Source of the DNA: a virus
Lineage: Duplodnaviria; Heunggongvirae; Uroviricota; Caudoviricetes
Direction: 5' to 3' (one strand)
Length of the DNA stretch: 64,000 bases
Virus record (IMG/VR): IMGVR_UViG_3300042554_002914
Position 1 is the stretch's first letter. Each line of letters starts with the position of its first letter. The notes beneath the pieces were generated by a model. It did not search any database. It saw nothing but the letters and a program-made list of their open reading frames with translations, and was not told where the DNA came from. Below are positions 1 to 9,630 of the stretch, one piece after another. The translations under genes were made by a program, and so were the position numbers.

Positions 1-481
1 TGTTGATAGCCCCGGTGCCGTGCTCCAGCACGTTTGCGGCCACGGTGCCCTCTGAGATGGGCTTGCGGGCCATGGTGATCGGCTCTAGGGCGGGCTTTAA
101 GGAGCCTCCCCAGCCATCACGCACAGTCTCACCGTTGCTGTCCTTGATGTAGCCCACCTTGTTGAATCCACTTCCGTAGACCCACGCAATCATATCACGA
201 ATCTCAAACCCCGCATCCTCAATCCGCACCGCCATCCGGTGCTGCGTGCGCGTGCCAGCAAATGACAGTAAATGGCCACCAGGCTTCAGCACCCGCAGGC
301 ACTCTTTCCAAATATCAACACTTGGCACATCATAGTCCCATTTTTTACCCATAAACGCCAGGCCATAGGGCGGATCAGTACAAATAGCATCGATACTATT
401 GTCGGGCATTTCCTTTAATACATCAAGGCAATTGCCATGGTACAGTTGATAGCGGTCTTCGGAAACGTAAGGCTTAATCAT
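1..481 (-). CDS. DNA methyltransferase, N6A/N4C beta-class (runs off window start)
   Basis: Manual translation from ATG at 481: MIKPYVSEDRYQLYHGNCLDVLKEMPDNSIDAICTDPPYG...LRVLKPGGHLLSF; DPPY catalytic motif; ATGA overlap with the topoisomerase stop. Confidence 0.9.
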   Translation of the reverse strand, partial: MIKPYVSEDRYQLYHGNCLDVLKEMPDNSIDAICTDPPYGLAFMGKKWDYDVPSVDIWKECLRVLKPGGHLLSFAGTRTQHRMAVRIEDAGFEIRDMIAWVYGSGFNKVGYIKDSNGETVRDGWGGSLKPALEPITMARKPISEGTVAANVLEHGTGAIN

Positions 482-2538
482 GGTAGTTTAATCTCATTTA
501 GGTTTGCAATTTTAGCCCCTTTCGCACCGGGTTTCCCCAGCTTTACAGAAAGGTCAATTTTTGTTGGTTTTTTCTTTGTTGATACCCACTCGACGGTAAA
601 TGGTTTCTCCCCAAAATACATAAAGACGGCCCCTTCCGGCAACCATTGCTTGCCCGTGCTTGTGGTTCTACACAGGGTTTCACCATCCATGGCCATAGCC
701 CTTAGTTGACCATCAACCATAAATACAGCCAGGTATTTGCGTCCCGAGACGTATGCTTCCGGTTTTGCAAGCACCACAGGTGAATACCCTGTGGAAATTA
801 CACCCTTAAACGAAGCAGGCACCTTCTTTAGCATTCCGTCCTCGCACACTAGGATTAGCTTGTCGGTAGACCCCATGGCCAGGCAACCCTTGGGCCCTTT
901 AGACTGTTCAATCACACCTTTCTTCATGTCGATTTTTAAGAAACGTGGTTTTGCTATTGGGGTGGTGTCTGAGGGGGTAGTGGCCGGAGGGAGAGACCCT
1001 GCGTTGTCTACTTTGGACCGGACCCCTACGGCAACAGGAACATCAATCAAAGGGCTCCTGCGGGGGACCCCATATTGCTTGTTGATCCTAGCAAGTTCCT
1101 CCAACATGTATGACTTTCGGGCACTGACATTATTGGCTTTGTCCCCCACCAGGGACTCTAGCCTATTGATGTCAGCCAATAGCTCATTTTTCTCACAAGA
1201 CATCAAATCAAAGTCTAGGCACGTTAATTGCCGCAACCTCATTTCTAAAATGGCATCAGCTTGTTGCTCGGTGAATTTAAGCGGTGCTGACATTAGGGAC
1301 TGCTTGGCTTCAGATTTGCCATTTGCGGCACGAATGCGCTTAATGACTAGGTCCATACGGTCAATAGCCTTTAGGAGACCATCAACGATGTGTAATCTTT
1401 TGTTTTTTGCCTCCAGTTCATGTTCAAATTTAACATCAAGCCGATCCAATCTCCATTGGACCCATCGTTGGATGATTTGTACCGGTGATAACTCAACGGG
1501 CTTAAACCCATCGATAACCAAGGTTTTAGCTGAGTATTTGCAATCAAGGTCTGTATATGTGTATAGCAACTGCTTTACCAAATTAATATCAGCACCAGGT
1601 TTGAGGACCACCACCAGCCTATCCCCACTAATATCACTTTCATCTGTGATTTCGGCGATCCCTTCAATACGTCCTTTTTCTAACTCACTCTTGATCTGCT
1701 CACCAAGTTTCTCTGGATTGGTGCCAGGTGGCAAACAAGTGAAAGTCAAGGTGGATCGATCCCTGGCTTTTCCGCCCCTTTTCTGAATACCAGTCTCAAC
1801 ACAAGCCACGCAGCGTATTCCCCCGATTCCAGTACGGGTATAAGCATCTAGTTGCTCGTCTTGGACGATTTGGGTGCCAGTTGGGAAATCGGGAATTAGA
1901 GATAGGCTGGCTTTTTTTATATTATCAAGGTGGGCCTTTTCGGTAGGGGCATCCTTGCAAATTAACTTAATGGCTTCTACGATGGAGCGTAGACTGTGGG
2001 GAGCCAAACGGGTAGCAAAACCCACGGCAATTCCTGAGTCACCGTTTAGCAAAACGGTTGGCAAAGAAGTATTAAACCTGATGGCCTCCCGCTTACTGCC
2101 ATCATAGTTTGATTTAGTTTCCCACACTTCCCGGTCTTGTAAAAGAAGTTCCACTGCGGAAATTCGTAGTCTATTTTCTAGGTACCTTTCTGCTGAGGGG
2201 GAGTCAACTGTGCTTCCAATATTTCCATGACAATCAATCCAAGGGACATTATTGTTCCAAGGAGTAGCCATGTTAATGAGGGCCCCGTATGCAGAGCCAT
2301 GGGGATGGTAATAGGCACTAGTTAGGCCCGTAGTTCGGGCACACTTTACATACGGTTTATTCGGAAGCAATCCCTCTTCAATCATTGTCTGAAGGATGCG
2401 TCTTTGAACTGGCTTTAGCCCATCGCAAATGTCCGGTATCGATCTCCCGATAAGCACGGCCATACTATAGCTCAAATAGTCTTCCTTGAGCTGATCGACG
2501 AGATTGACTTCTGTGATTTTTGGCCTAGTTTTAGTCAT
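478..2538 (-). CDS. gyrA: Type IIA topoisomerase subunit A (GyrA/ParC-like)
   Basis: DGLKPVQRRIL, HPHG, catalytic AERY, PDFPTG, QADAILEMRLRQLT; shortened CTD; GyrA vs ParC not resolvable. Confidence 0.93.
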   Translation of the reverse strand: MTKTRPKITEVNLVDQLKEDYLSYSMAVLIGRSIPDICDGLKPVQRRILQTMIEEGLLPNKPYVKCARTTGLTSAYYHPHGSAYGALINMATPWNNNVPWIDCHGNIGSTVDSPSAERYLENRLRISAVELLLQDREVWETKSNYDGSKREAIRFNTSLPTVLLNGDSGIAVGFATRLAPHSLRSIVEAIKLICKDAPTEKAHLDNIKKASLSLIPDFPTGTQIVQDEQLDAYTRTGIGGIRCVACVETGIQKRGGKARDRSTLTFTCLPPGTNPEKLGEQIKSELEKGRIEGIAEITDESDISGDRLVVVLKPGADINLVKQLLYTYTDLDCKYSAKTLVIDGFKPVELSPVQIIQRWVQWRLDRLDVKFEHELEAKNKRLHIVDGLLKAIDRMDLVIKRIRAANGKSEAKQSLMSAPLKFTEQQADAILEMRLRQLTCLDFDLMSCEKNELLADINRLESLVGDKANNVSARKSYMLEELARINKQYGVPRRSPLIDVPVAVGVRSKVDNAGSLPPATTPSDTTPIAKPRFLKIDMKKGVIEQSKGPKGCLAMGSTDKLILVCEDGMLKKVPASFKGVISTGYSPVVLAKPEAYVSGRKYLAVFMVDGQLRAMAMDGETLCRTTSTGKQWLPEGAVFMYFGEKPFTVEWVSTKKKPTKIDLSVKLGKPGAKGAKIANLNEIKLP

Positions 2539-3334
2539 TAGTAATTTCTTCCCTTAGCGAGGGATCAATGCCCCTAGCAGTTTGATATCGAGTGAGGCCG
2601 CCAGGTGTTGATATTTTTCCCGTTACTAAGCAGCGTACGCGCCTAGAATTAGTTTTTTTAGCCATATCGGAAAAATGCAGGGGATTCTTGGCCAATGTCA
2701 CACGCGCTGATCGCCTAGCATGATTGCTAAAAAACTCAGGGTCTTTGCTTAGTTTAGTTTGATTAGCTTTTTCATATGCTTGTTTCCTCTTTTCTGGAGT
2801 CATGGCCTTTTTCATCGCCAAATACCTACTTTCTTTTTCTTCAGGGGATAACTTGGCCATCGCCGCTCGACCCCCTGCTTGTTTCTGCTCCCGGGTTTGA
2901 CTAAGTGCCCCCTTTCTAGAAAACTCTGCTTTTTCTTCAGGGGATAACTTGGCCATCGCCGCTCGACCCCCTGCTTGTTTATGCTCCCGGGTTTCTTCTC
3001 TGGGGAGACCTTTCCATCTAATTATTCCGGGAATGGCTTTAACCCCCATCCACTTTCGCCAAAGAGATAAAATCTCCGCCTCAAGGTAAGATTTCTCCCA
3101 GCCCCAAATACAAGGGTGGTTACACTCCTCTGACTGCAAAACACCTTGAATAGCGTGGTGCTCTTTGAGCAGAAGAACGGTATTACTTCCCCCTAGGCAT
3201 TTTGGGACAGGGTAATGACAAGACTCCCAATCCCCGTGGCAAGGATTACCAGGTTCCAGCCGGTTGTCAAAGTAATAGTCTTCGCACCACCTTACAAATT
3301 GCTCCTGAGTCGGCATCATTTTAGCATTAGTCAA
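2531..3334 (-). CDS. Putative HNH-type homing endonuclease
   Basis: CHYPVPKCLGGSNTVLLLKEHH resembles HHxxPxxxGG..L...EH motif; basic repeated linker; C-terminal RCLVTGKISTPGGL module. Confidence 0.65.
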   Translation of the reverse strand: MTNAKMMPTQEQFVRWCEDYYFDNRLEPGNPCHGDWESCHYPVPKCLGGSNTVLLLKEHHAIQGVLQSEECNHPCIWGWEKSYLEAEILSLWRKWMGVKAIPGIIRWKGLPREETREHKQAGGRAAMAKLSPEEKAEFSRKGALSQTREQKQAGGRAAMAKLSPEEKESRYLAMKKAMTPEKRKQAYEKANQTKLSKDPEFFSNHARRSARVTLAKNPLHFSDMAKKTNSRRVRCLVTGKISTPGGLTRYQTARGIDPSLREEITND

Positions 3335-3921
3335 GGTAAAAAATCCAGATAGTCAAGGATCGTTTCCTTGGCTTCCGATGCTTTTACCCGAACAGGAGTA
3401 AAACTTTTGCCGTACTCAGTTGAAAACGAATTAAGATACTCCTCAAGGTGCCCATCCAAACGTAAAGCGTCTTCTTCAGATTCATATCTGCCTTGGGGGT
3501 CATACGGGAAATCCCTACTAAGAAGAAAATTCAAATGCACCACACCGTCATTAGTAGAGTGGTTTACAAACCCCTTGGCCGCCTCATCGACGTAACTGGA
3601 TATCACACCGTGATAATAGGTGGCATAAAACCCGGCAAGCAATACCGGGGAGTCAGTGACAATGTACCTCACGGTGCCATACAGGAAAGACTCATAATGG
3701 GATTGTTTACCTAGTAGGTACAATTGGTCGTACTTCCCGATTTTCCTCTTTGTGTAAGCCCAGTGTTTGACATATTCGCGAACAAGTTCTGCGCTTTCGC
3801 CTTGTTTCTTGAGTTCGCTGTAAATGTCGGGCGCAGCAGTGGATTTACCCGTACCTGGGCCACCAAATAGATTAATTACGGTAGTTTGCATGGCGAATGT
3901 GGTTTGTGAAGATGGTGTCAA
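3331..3921 (-). CDS. P-loop ATPase/kinase (NadR/AAA_28-like)
   Basis: INLFGGPGTGKST Walker A; IVTDSP; GRYE motif. Confidence 0.8.
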   Translation of the reverse strand: MTPSSQTTFAMQTTVINLFGGPGTGKSTAAPDIYSELKKQGESAELVREYVKHWAYTKRKIGKYDQLYLLGKQSHYESFLYGTVRYIVTDSPVLLAGFYATYYHGVISSYVDEAAKGFVNHSTNDGVVHLNFLLSRDFPYDPQGRYESEEDALRLDGHLEEYLNSFSTEYGKSFTPVRVKASEAKETILDYLDFLP

Positions 3922-3988
3922 TCATGGATATTGTATCGTTTGGCGCCCCAAAGTCAATGGCTGTAGGTATGGATGTGGCTAGGGGGGG

Positions 3989-4186
3989 TTATTGTCGGCA
4001 TGCGCCTACTTCCCTCAGGCAATCAGGACATTGCCACCCGGTAATCTTACCATTTTCTAAAACTCCTATCAACCGCGAATGAAAAGCCCCTGGCTCGCAT
4101 GTGTGAGGCAAAAGCATTTCGCTTGCTATGAGATTTGTGCAACAATGGGGGCATTGCTTGCAGTGTAGAATGGTGGGATATGGCAT
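3989..4186 (-). CDS. Small Cys-rich hypothetical protein
   Basis: CPHC...WQCPDC zinc-ribbon-like pairs. Confidence 0.6.
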   Translation of the reverse strand: MPYPTILHCKQCPHCCTNLIASEMLLPHTCEPGAFHSRLIGVLENGKITGWQCPDCLREVGACRQ

Positions 4187-4257
4187 TAGGGTTATTAGTG
4201 TAGAATAGTGGGGGCTAGTATGGGCTAGTATGGGCTATTTAGACCAACCCCTCAGCA

Positions 4258-4893
4258 TCAAACATCGATGTCAACGTATTCTAATTCACCTAGGCTAATA
4301 ATCTCGACGCCGTTGTAAATTTTACGCGAAGACAGATGCCAATGGCCATGCACCCATAGGTCCGGCTTATGAATTTCAAGCATATTGTCGAAACACCTTC
4401 GGGTTACAGACGGGATATCATACTTATGTATTCCTTTTTCATGGCAAATACGGGTTATGACCGAATCCGGGCACTCATGGGTGACGACGATTTTTGGTTT
4501 TATCAACTCATAAGCATCCATTATATTGGACAATTCACCATAGGACAATTCCTCATCGTGCCACCAGTCGTAGTTTTCGGTCCGCCGATCTCTGTCAATG
4601 GAAAAAGCCCCGCCAACACAAAATATATCGTCGCGGCCAAAGGCAGACCCACCGTCTTTGATCCAGAAGGGGTGTCTCTTGCAAGCTCCGGGACTATCGT
4701 GGTTTCCACGAATGAAGAAGTGCTCCCCCTTGGCCATGTGGTCGTAGGGCGGGTTGCTATAGGGTTTGTTGGTACGAGGGTTGATGAATCCGACTCCAAA
4801 ATCCCCAACTTGCAAGGAACGGTTGCACCCTTTAATGATGTCCTGAAATTTACTCCATTTCGCGTGGACATCTCCAATGAATCTAATTTGCAT
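4258..4893 (-). CDS. Calcineurin-like metallophosphoesterase
   Basis: GDVH, GDFG, RGNHD, THE, HGHWH motifs. Confidence 0.9.
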   Translation of the reverse strand: MQIRFIGDVHAKWSKFQDIIKGCNRSLQVGDFGVGFINPRTNKPYSNPPYDHMAKGEHFFIRGNHDSPGACKRHPFWIKDGGSAFGRDDIFCVGGAFSIDRDRRTENYDWWHDEELSYGELSNIMDAYELIKPKIVVTHECPDSVITRICHEKGIHKYDIPSVTRRCFDNMLEIHKPDLWVHGHWHLSSRKIYNGVEIISLGELEYVDIDV

Positions 4894-5128
4894 TTTGTTT
4901 TTTGGCGATTTTGTTAAATTGCTTCACGATAGACTCAGCTTGTGCGGGGCTGTCTACTTCACAGAGAACAATGTAGATACCCGCGAATAGGGACCTGGCT
5001 ATCCCTGAGCCTTGGGTAGTATAGGTTGCTGTGCCGACTGTGAGTAAGCGGCAAAGAATAGGGCTAAGAATGGGGATTTGTGGTACTATCATAGTTTTTG
5101 TAGGTGGGTAGGGTTGCCCCCAAATCAA
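4883..5128 (-). CDS. Hypothetical protein
   Basis: ORF overlapping both neighbours. Confidence 0.5.
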   Translation of the reverse strand: MIWGQPYPPTKTMIVPQIPILSPILCRLLTVGTATYTTQGSGIARSLFAGIYIVLCEVDSPAQAESIVKQFNKIAKKQNAN

Positions 5129-5445
5129 ACGGACTCATAAGATACGACAGTTTTTTCTTTCATCTTGAAGAAGACATAAGAGTTACCACAATCTGACCAA
5201 GACATTTCTTCACTGAAAACATCACAAACTCCCCGGATGCCAAGTAGACCACCCTGCACCTGAATAACAGAAGTTGAAAGGGCATACCATCTGTGCCTAT
5301 CGTAGTCCAGGTTATCCTCCAAAATGGTGAACCCATCACTGAAGTACTCTTCATAGAGATCATATGGTAAGTCATCTTCCCAACAACCCGCTTGGTTTAG
5401 GTTTAGCGATTGGAGTTTGTCAAGCATTTCGTCAAATTTGTTCAT
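5125..5445 (-). CDS. Hypothetical acidic protein
   Basis: 106-aa ORF in operon. Confidence 0.7.
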   Translation of the reverse strand: MNKFDEMLDKLQSLNLNQAGCWEDDLPYDLYEEYFSDGFTILEDNLDYDRHRWYALSTSVIQVQGGLLGIRGVCDVFSEEMSWSDCGNSYVFFKMKEKTVVSYESV

Positions 5446-5515
5446 TTTAGGTTGGGTTTGGTTTGGATTGAGGTAATTCTCAAGGTTGTCTCCAGAAGCT
5501 TGTATTTATAATAGG

Positions 5516-6628
5516 TTACCCCAAGACGTTCAAATCGGGATACAAACTCAAAAGCTCCTCCTTCGAAAGAACATCATACTCATCTTCCGGTTGCCAGATA
5601 ATCTCAAGGGCGACTAGGTCATCAGGTGTGATAGATCCTAGGGCTACCAGATTTGACTTTAGGCCCTCATGTGAGTCAGATGGCCTTAGGTTAAGATCCC
5701 CGTTCGTAACTACCAGGACATTCACAAGGATGTATTCGTTGTCTTGGGTTTTTTCGTGAGCCTTTTCCTTACTCTTTGAGAGACGACCGTCAACGTTCGT
5801 CAAAGTTTCTTCCGACGCTCGGGAACGCTCTTCCATGGAGAACTGGTTAAAGAGATCTTCCGCATTGTCAATGGACTCCCTGTTCTTATCACTCCAAGCG
5901 TAGATGACCTTATCAGGGTGCCGGAGAAGAGCAAGGGTTGTTTCTTGTAGGATCTTGGCAAGGCCGTATGAACTGTCGGTATCTCCTTGTTCGGCCATCC
6001 GAATTAGGTCAGATTGAATGTCTTTGGCTGACGCAAGTAGGGCCACTCGTTGACGCACTACTGTGAGTTTCTTATACTTTTCCTTTTGGGTGCTTAACCA
6101 CGGGCCTACAAAGTCTTCCCACCCTCCGCACAAAAGAATGCCTGCAATAATTACCACACCCATTGAAGCAAGCAGAGTCAAAAGAACCACCGGATTGGCA
6201 GGTTGTTGACTGACTGTGGTCACCCGCGAAGGCAAGGAGTATGGGATAGCCGGTGCAACATTTGGAGTCAAGTCAGGCATGACGATGATGTTAGTGCTCG
6301 AATGACTTGGGGGGTTGTAAGAGGGTCTGGGGACAGGTGAAGGAGTGTATGTTCTCGGTGCAGAGTAACTATGGCTGGGACGGCTGATACTTGGGGAGCT
6401 GGGGCGACTATAGCTAGGGGAAGGGCTACGACGGCTGTAGCTCGGGGTGCTAGGACGACTATAGCTCGGCCTACTATAGCTCGGGGAGCTTGAGCGGCTG
6501 CGAAAGCTACTACCGCCGATGCGACCAGCAGATGCAGCAAAAGCGGGGGACGCCGTCAATAGCATCGCAACCGTGAGCGTCAGAATTATTGTCTTGAGTG
6601 ATTTGGTGTTCATGGGTTTCATTTTCAT
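5516..6628 (-). CDS. DUF1517 (FLAP1-like) membrane protein
   Basis: Signal peptide, GRIGGSSFRS, Ser/Pro-rich linker, TM, then ALLRHPD, FNQFSMEERS, EYILVNVLV, EIIWQP...LSKEELLSLYPDL characteristic of DUF1517. Confidence 0.88.
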   Translation of the reverse strand: MKMKPMNTKSLKTIILTLTVAMLLTASPAFAASAGRIGGSSFRSRSSSPSYSRPSYSRPSTPSYSRRSPSPSYSRPSSPSISRPSHSYSAPRTYTPSPVPRPSYNPPSHSSTNIIVMPDLTPNVAPAIPYSLPSRVTTVSQQPANPVVLLTLLASMGVVIIAGILLCGGWEDFVGPWLSTQKEKYKKLTVVRQRVALLASAKDIQSDLIRMAEQGDTDSSYGLAKILQETTLALLRHPDKVIYAWSDKNRESIDNAEDLFNQFSMEERSRASEETLTNVDGRLSKSKEKAHEKTQDNEYILVNVLVVTNGDLNLRPSDSHEGLKSNLVALGSITPDDLVALEIIWQPEDEYDVLSKEELLSLYPDLNVLG

Positions 6629-6722
6629 GTACTAATGGTAACGGTTCTGCAACGCAGAAACAAGGGGAGAAGCCGAAGGCTTCCGTTCGGTTAACCGACC
6701 TTGGGTTTCATCAATCACGGCA

Positions 6723-7175
6723 TTAATCACTTCCACAATCAAAGCCGCCAAAGTCGTGACCACCGCAATCATGACCCCCGTAGTCATGGCTGCTTCCATA
6801 GTCATGGCACCCGGAGTTATAACTGCTGTGGCTACTATAACTAATGAAAGTATCATCGTCTACGTCTCTTGAGTAACGTTCAGTTGTAGCCCTTCTTCTT
6901 GTTTGTGATTTATTTCCTATCTCGGATCTCGGGCCACCTGCTTGGTGTTTAGATATGAAATTGACAGCGGCTTCTTCGCCGAACGAGGTACGAATGCGAC
7001 TAAGGAGTATTGGATCTATAGGACCTTTGAAACCTTGATACAGGGCTGAGGGTTCAGGTTTCTCGGCAGTATCCTCTTTGCGTTTGACTTTGGGGGCTTT
7101 TTGAGTTAAGCTCATGCTTGCGGTTAATGCCGTAGTGATTAGGAGAATGGCTATGACTGGTAAAAGAAAGGTCAT
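6723..7175 (-). CDS. Hypothetical membrane-anchored protein with GxHD(Y/C/F)G tail
   Basis: N-terminal hydrophobic helix; low-complexity C-terminus. Confidence 0.65.
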   Translation of the reverse strand: MTFLLPVIAILLITTALTASMSLTQKAPKVKRKEDTAEKPEPSALYQGFKGPIDPILLSRIRTSFGEEAAVNFISKHQAGGPRSEIGNKSQTRRRATTERYSRDVDDDTFISYSSHSSYNSGCHDYGSSHDYGGHDCGGHDFGGFDCGSD

Positions 7176-7216
7176 TTGTGGGTTGGTTGTAGAGGGTGGT
7201 GTGGGCCGGGTATCGC

Positions 7217-7266
7217 CTGCGGCGCCCGTCCCTGGTCGGGGGCTTACGCCCCCTCCCGAAATTTTT
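7217..7266. repeat. ~50-bp dispersed hairpin element, copy 1
   Basis: cctgcggcgcccgtccctggtcgggggcttacgccccctcccgaaatttt, near-identical at ~14558 and inverted at ~51412 and ~51497. Confidence 0.8.
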
Positions 7267-7286
7267 AGGGGGCTGTCATTAGATGG

Positions 7287-7595
7287 CTACCCAGCCAGCC
7301 AGCACTCTTTGGCGTTTTCGAGGATGACGGCACCAGTATTCACAGCATGGGGCCATAAATCTATGGGCAAGTGATAGGTTATTTGTATTGGGACTCCTCT
7401 ACTCCCCAAGTCCATCCCTGCAATAAACCAGTTTGGGTCACCAAAGGGGATCTCCCCGTCATGGTGTCTCAGGCTGATCCAACTTCTTTGGGGGTTGGAA
7501 CGCATCAGTGCCAAAAACAAAGCGTGCCGGTGCTCGTAGAGTTCGGCAAAAGTATGGTAGCCATCTGATTGGAGTTGGGTGCTTTCGTGTGTCAT
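7287..7595 (-). CDS. Phage hypothetical protein
   Basis: SDGYHTFAELYEHRHALF...QITYHLP, a recurrent phage-type motif. Confidence 0.75.
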   Translation of the reverse strand: MTHESTQLQSDGYHTFAELYEHRHALFLALMRSNPQRSWISLRHHDGEIPFGDPNWFIAGMDLGSRGVPIQITYHLPIDLWPHAVNTGAVILENAKECWLAG

Positions 7596-7615
7596 GGTAC
7601 TGCTGTAGTTTAAAT

Positions 7616-7939
7616 TTAAAGGAGGTTCCCCCTAAGGTATGCGATTGGTAGGGTAACTAAGCGATTTTGTAACTTCCCAAGGACAGAACATTCCCTAGTT
7701 ACAATTGCTTCTATTGCCATCCAGTTGTTGCATTCGATGGTCCACCCATTCATACCCTCAATCGGTACTGAAACCTTGAAAAACCATTCGGTCATGAACG
7801 GTGTGATGTCCTCGGGTTCAGCAGCATCCGCAGTGATTACGGCTACCTGGCGCCCAGTTTCGTTGTCATACACGACTATACGGGCTTTGTAGGGGGTGTT
7901 TAAAACAAGTTTTGCTGTTACCTTGCAGTTCTTAACCAT
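7616..7939 (-). CDS. Hypothetical protein
   Basis: ORF, overlaps upstream gene. Confidence 0.65.
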   Translation of the reverse strand: MVKNCKVTAKLVLNTPYKARIVVYDNETGRQVAVITADAAEPEDITPFMTEWFFKVSVPIEGMNGWTIECNNWMAIEAIVTRECSVLGKLQNRLVTLPIAYLRGNLL

Positions 7940-8630
7940 TGGTTAACCCCTTGGCGTCGTCATACAAAGCAATGCCCCACCTCAGAGCCCAACAACACCA
8001 TAGGAAATGATAGGTGTATTCCGTGCAGTCGTATTCATAAAAGTCCTGGAACAAGTTAGGGTGGGCACTATGAGTAAATTCATAGGCAGCCTGCTGAGCG
8101 ACATATTCATTGTCGTCTGCATAATATAGAATTTCATCTTCGACTTGCTGCCAGACATTGGCAATTAGTTTCTCCTTTTCGGAGCTACTATAGTCACCAT
8201 CTCTCAAGCTTTCGGCCCAACTATCGAAACGATCCTTGATGTTTTCTTTGAAGATTCTGGGACTAAATTTGGATATGCCACTTCGCTTATCAATGGCTTG
8301 GAGCTTTTCTGCCCAGTAGCTGTAGCTGATTTGGTATCTATCGTGGCCCCCACGAAAGAACTCAAACATATCTGTCAAGCGACTAAACACATACGTGCCC
8401 ATATCACCATTATAGCACAGGGAACCTGGCCATGTGATGATGTCGAAATACTGGTTGTTAGTGTCAGGGCACTTAAAGCGTAGGTGACGGTGGGTACCTT
8501 CGTCTTTGATTATGGTTAGTTGGTGGTTAGCAACTTGCTTTTTGAATAGCTCAAGTTCCACCTTGTGGTCTTCAGGTAGTTGGGACATTTTGGGATAGAG
8601 GGATGGCATTGTTGGCTGAGGAGTTGCCAA
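7932..8630 (-). CDS. Phage hypothetical protein
   Basis: 232 aa; FDIITWPGSLCYNGDMGTYVFSRLTDMFEFFR motif. Confidence 0.8.
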   Translation of the reverse strand: MATPQPTMPSLYPKMSQLPEDHKVELELFKKQVANHQLTIIKDEGTHRHLRFKCPDTNNQYFDIITWPGSLCYNGDMGTYVFSRLTDMFEFFRGGHDRYQISYSYWAEKLQAIDKRSGISKFSPRIFKENIKDRFDSWAESLRDGDYSSSEKEKLIANVWQQVEDEILYYADDNEYVAQQAAYEFTHSAHPNLFQDFYEYDCTEYTYHFLWCCWALRWGIALYDDAKGLTNG

Positions 8631-8671
8631 TGGTATAGCATGGTGTAGGAGGGTATGGCAATTTACAGGTA

Positions 8672-9433
8672 CTAATCAGGAACCACCAGATCCCAACTCT
8701 CAGGATAAAACCGGGGCTCGCGCCAATCTTTGATTATGCCATCGGGGCCAATGTTCAGAATGATGTAATCCCCAAACCCCTCATCCCCATGGCAAAGATA
8801 AGGGTCGGGAACGTAATAGTCCCTATACTTGAATAATCTGCGGGATGCACTACGCAACCAATACTCCCCTTCGTCACAAACTTTGTAATACACCCGTGCA
8901 GTCACCCCTTCAGGCCAACCCATGACTTTACCATCGCTGAGTCGGATCGTAGGGACCCATAAGTCTCCATTACGGAAAGGTATCAAAATACCATCAATGT
9001 CCCTGTCGCCGTTAACATGAGCATCTTCCCAATATCTGACTTTGGCGGAAACTTCCAAGAATTTGGGCTTTTCTGGTACTGGTTGTTCCGGTACTGGCTG
9101 TTCCGGCACTAGCTGTTCTCTTTTTGTAATTCTTTCACCCAATATCCCCTTAGCCGCAACTAAAACGTGGGGCCAGGTCCTCTTGGGGTTGGTATCAATA
9201 GCAATGTCCCCATGGTAGGGCAACCGCATCGTTTCCATCTGTGGTTCACCTAGGGGGATCACCTCAATAGTGTAACCTTCGCCGTCGTTTGTAAATGAGT
9301 TGAATTTTGTTGCTTCTCCGGAATATAATGCTTCGGCCAAACAGTCGAGTAATGCAGCCAGAGACTGGCGGTCACCGACGATATAAGCAGAATCATGCCA
9401 AGCGTCTTGGCCGTAAATGTGTAGGGTGTCCAT
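8672..9433 (-). CDS. Hypothetical two-domain protein
   Basis: 253 aa with VPEQP linker repeats. Confidence 0.75.
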   Translation of the reverse strand: MDTLHIYGQDAWHDSAYIVGDRQSLAALLDCLAEALYSGEATKFNSFTNDGEGYTIEVIPLGEPQMETMRLPYHGDIAIDTNPKRTWPHVLVAAKGILGERITKREQLVPEQPVPEQPVPEKPKFLEVSAKVRYWEDAHVNGDRDIDGILIPFRNGDLWVPTIRLSDGKVMGWPEGVTARVYYKVCDEGEYWLRSASRRLFKYRDYYVPDPYLCHGDEGFGDYIILNIGPDGIIKDWREPRFYPESWDLVVPD

Positions 9434-9569
9434 GCTTGTGGGGTGTTTATGGTGGGATTAGCTAATTAGAATCGGAATTATTCCGGTTGCAGTTACCGAA
9501 AGTATTATAGGGGAAGATCCAGCCAAAGTCAATGGCTTGACTGGCTTTTATGTTGTGCAGTGTAATTAT

Positions 9570-9630
9570 AGGGTCAGGGTCAGGGTCAGGGTCAGGGTCA
9601 GGGTCAAGGCCGAAGTCAAGGTCAAGGTCA
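9570..9630. repeat. Tandem 6-mer (agggtc)n / (aaggtc)n
   Basis: About six agggtc units directly visible. Confidence 0.8.
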
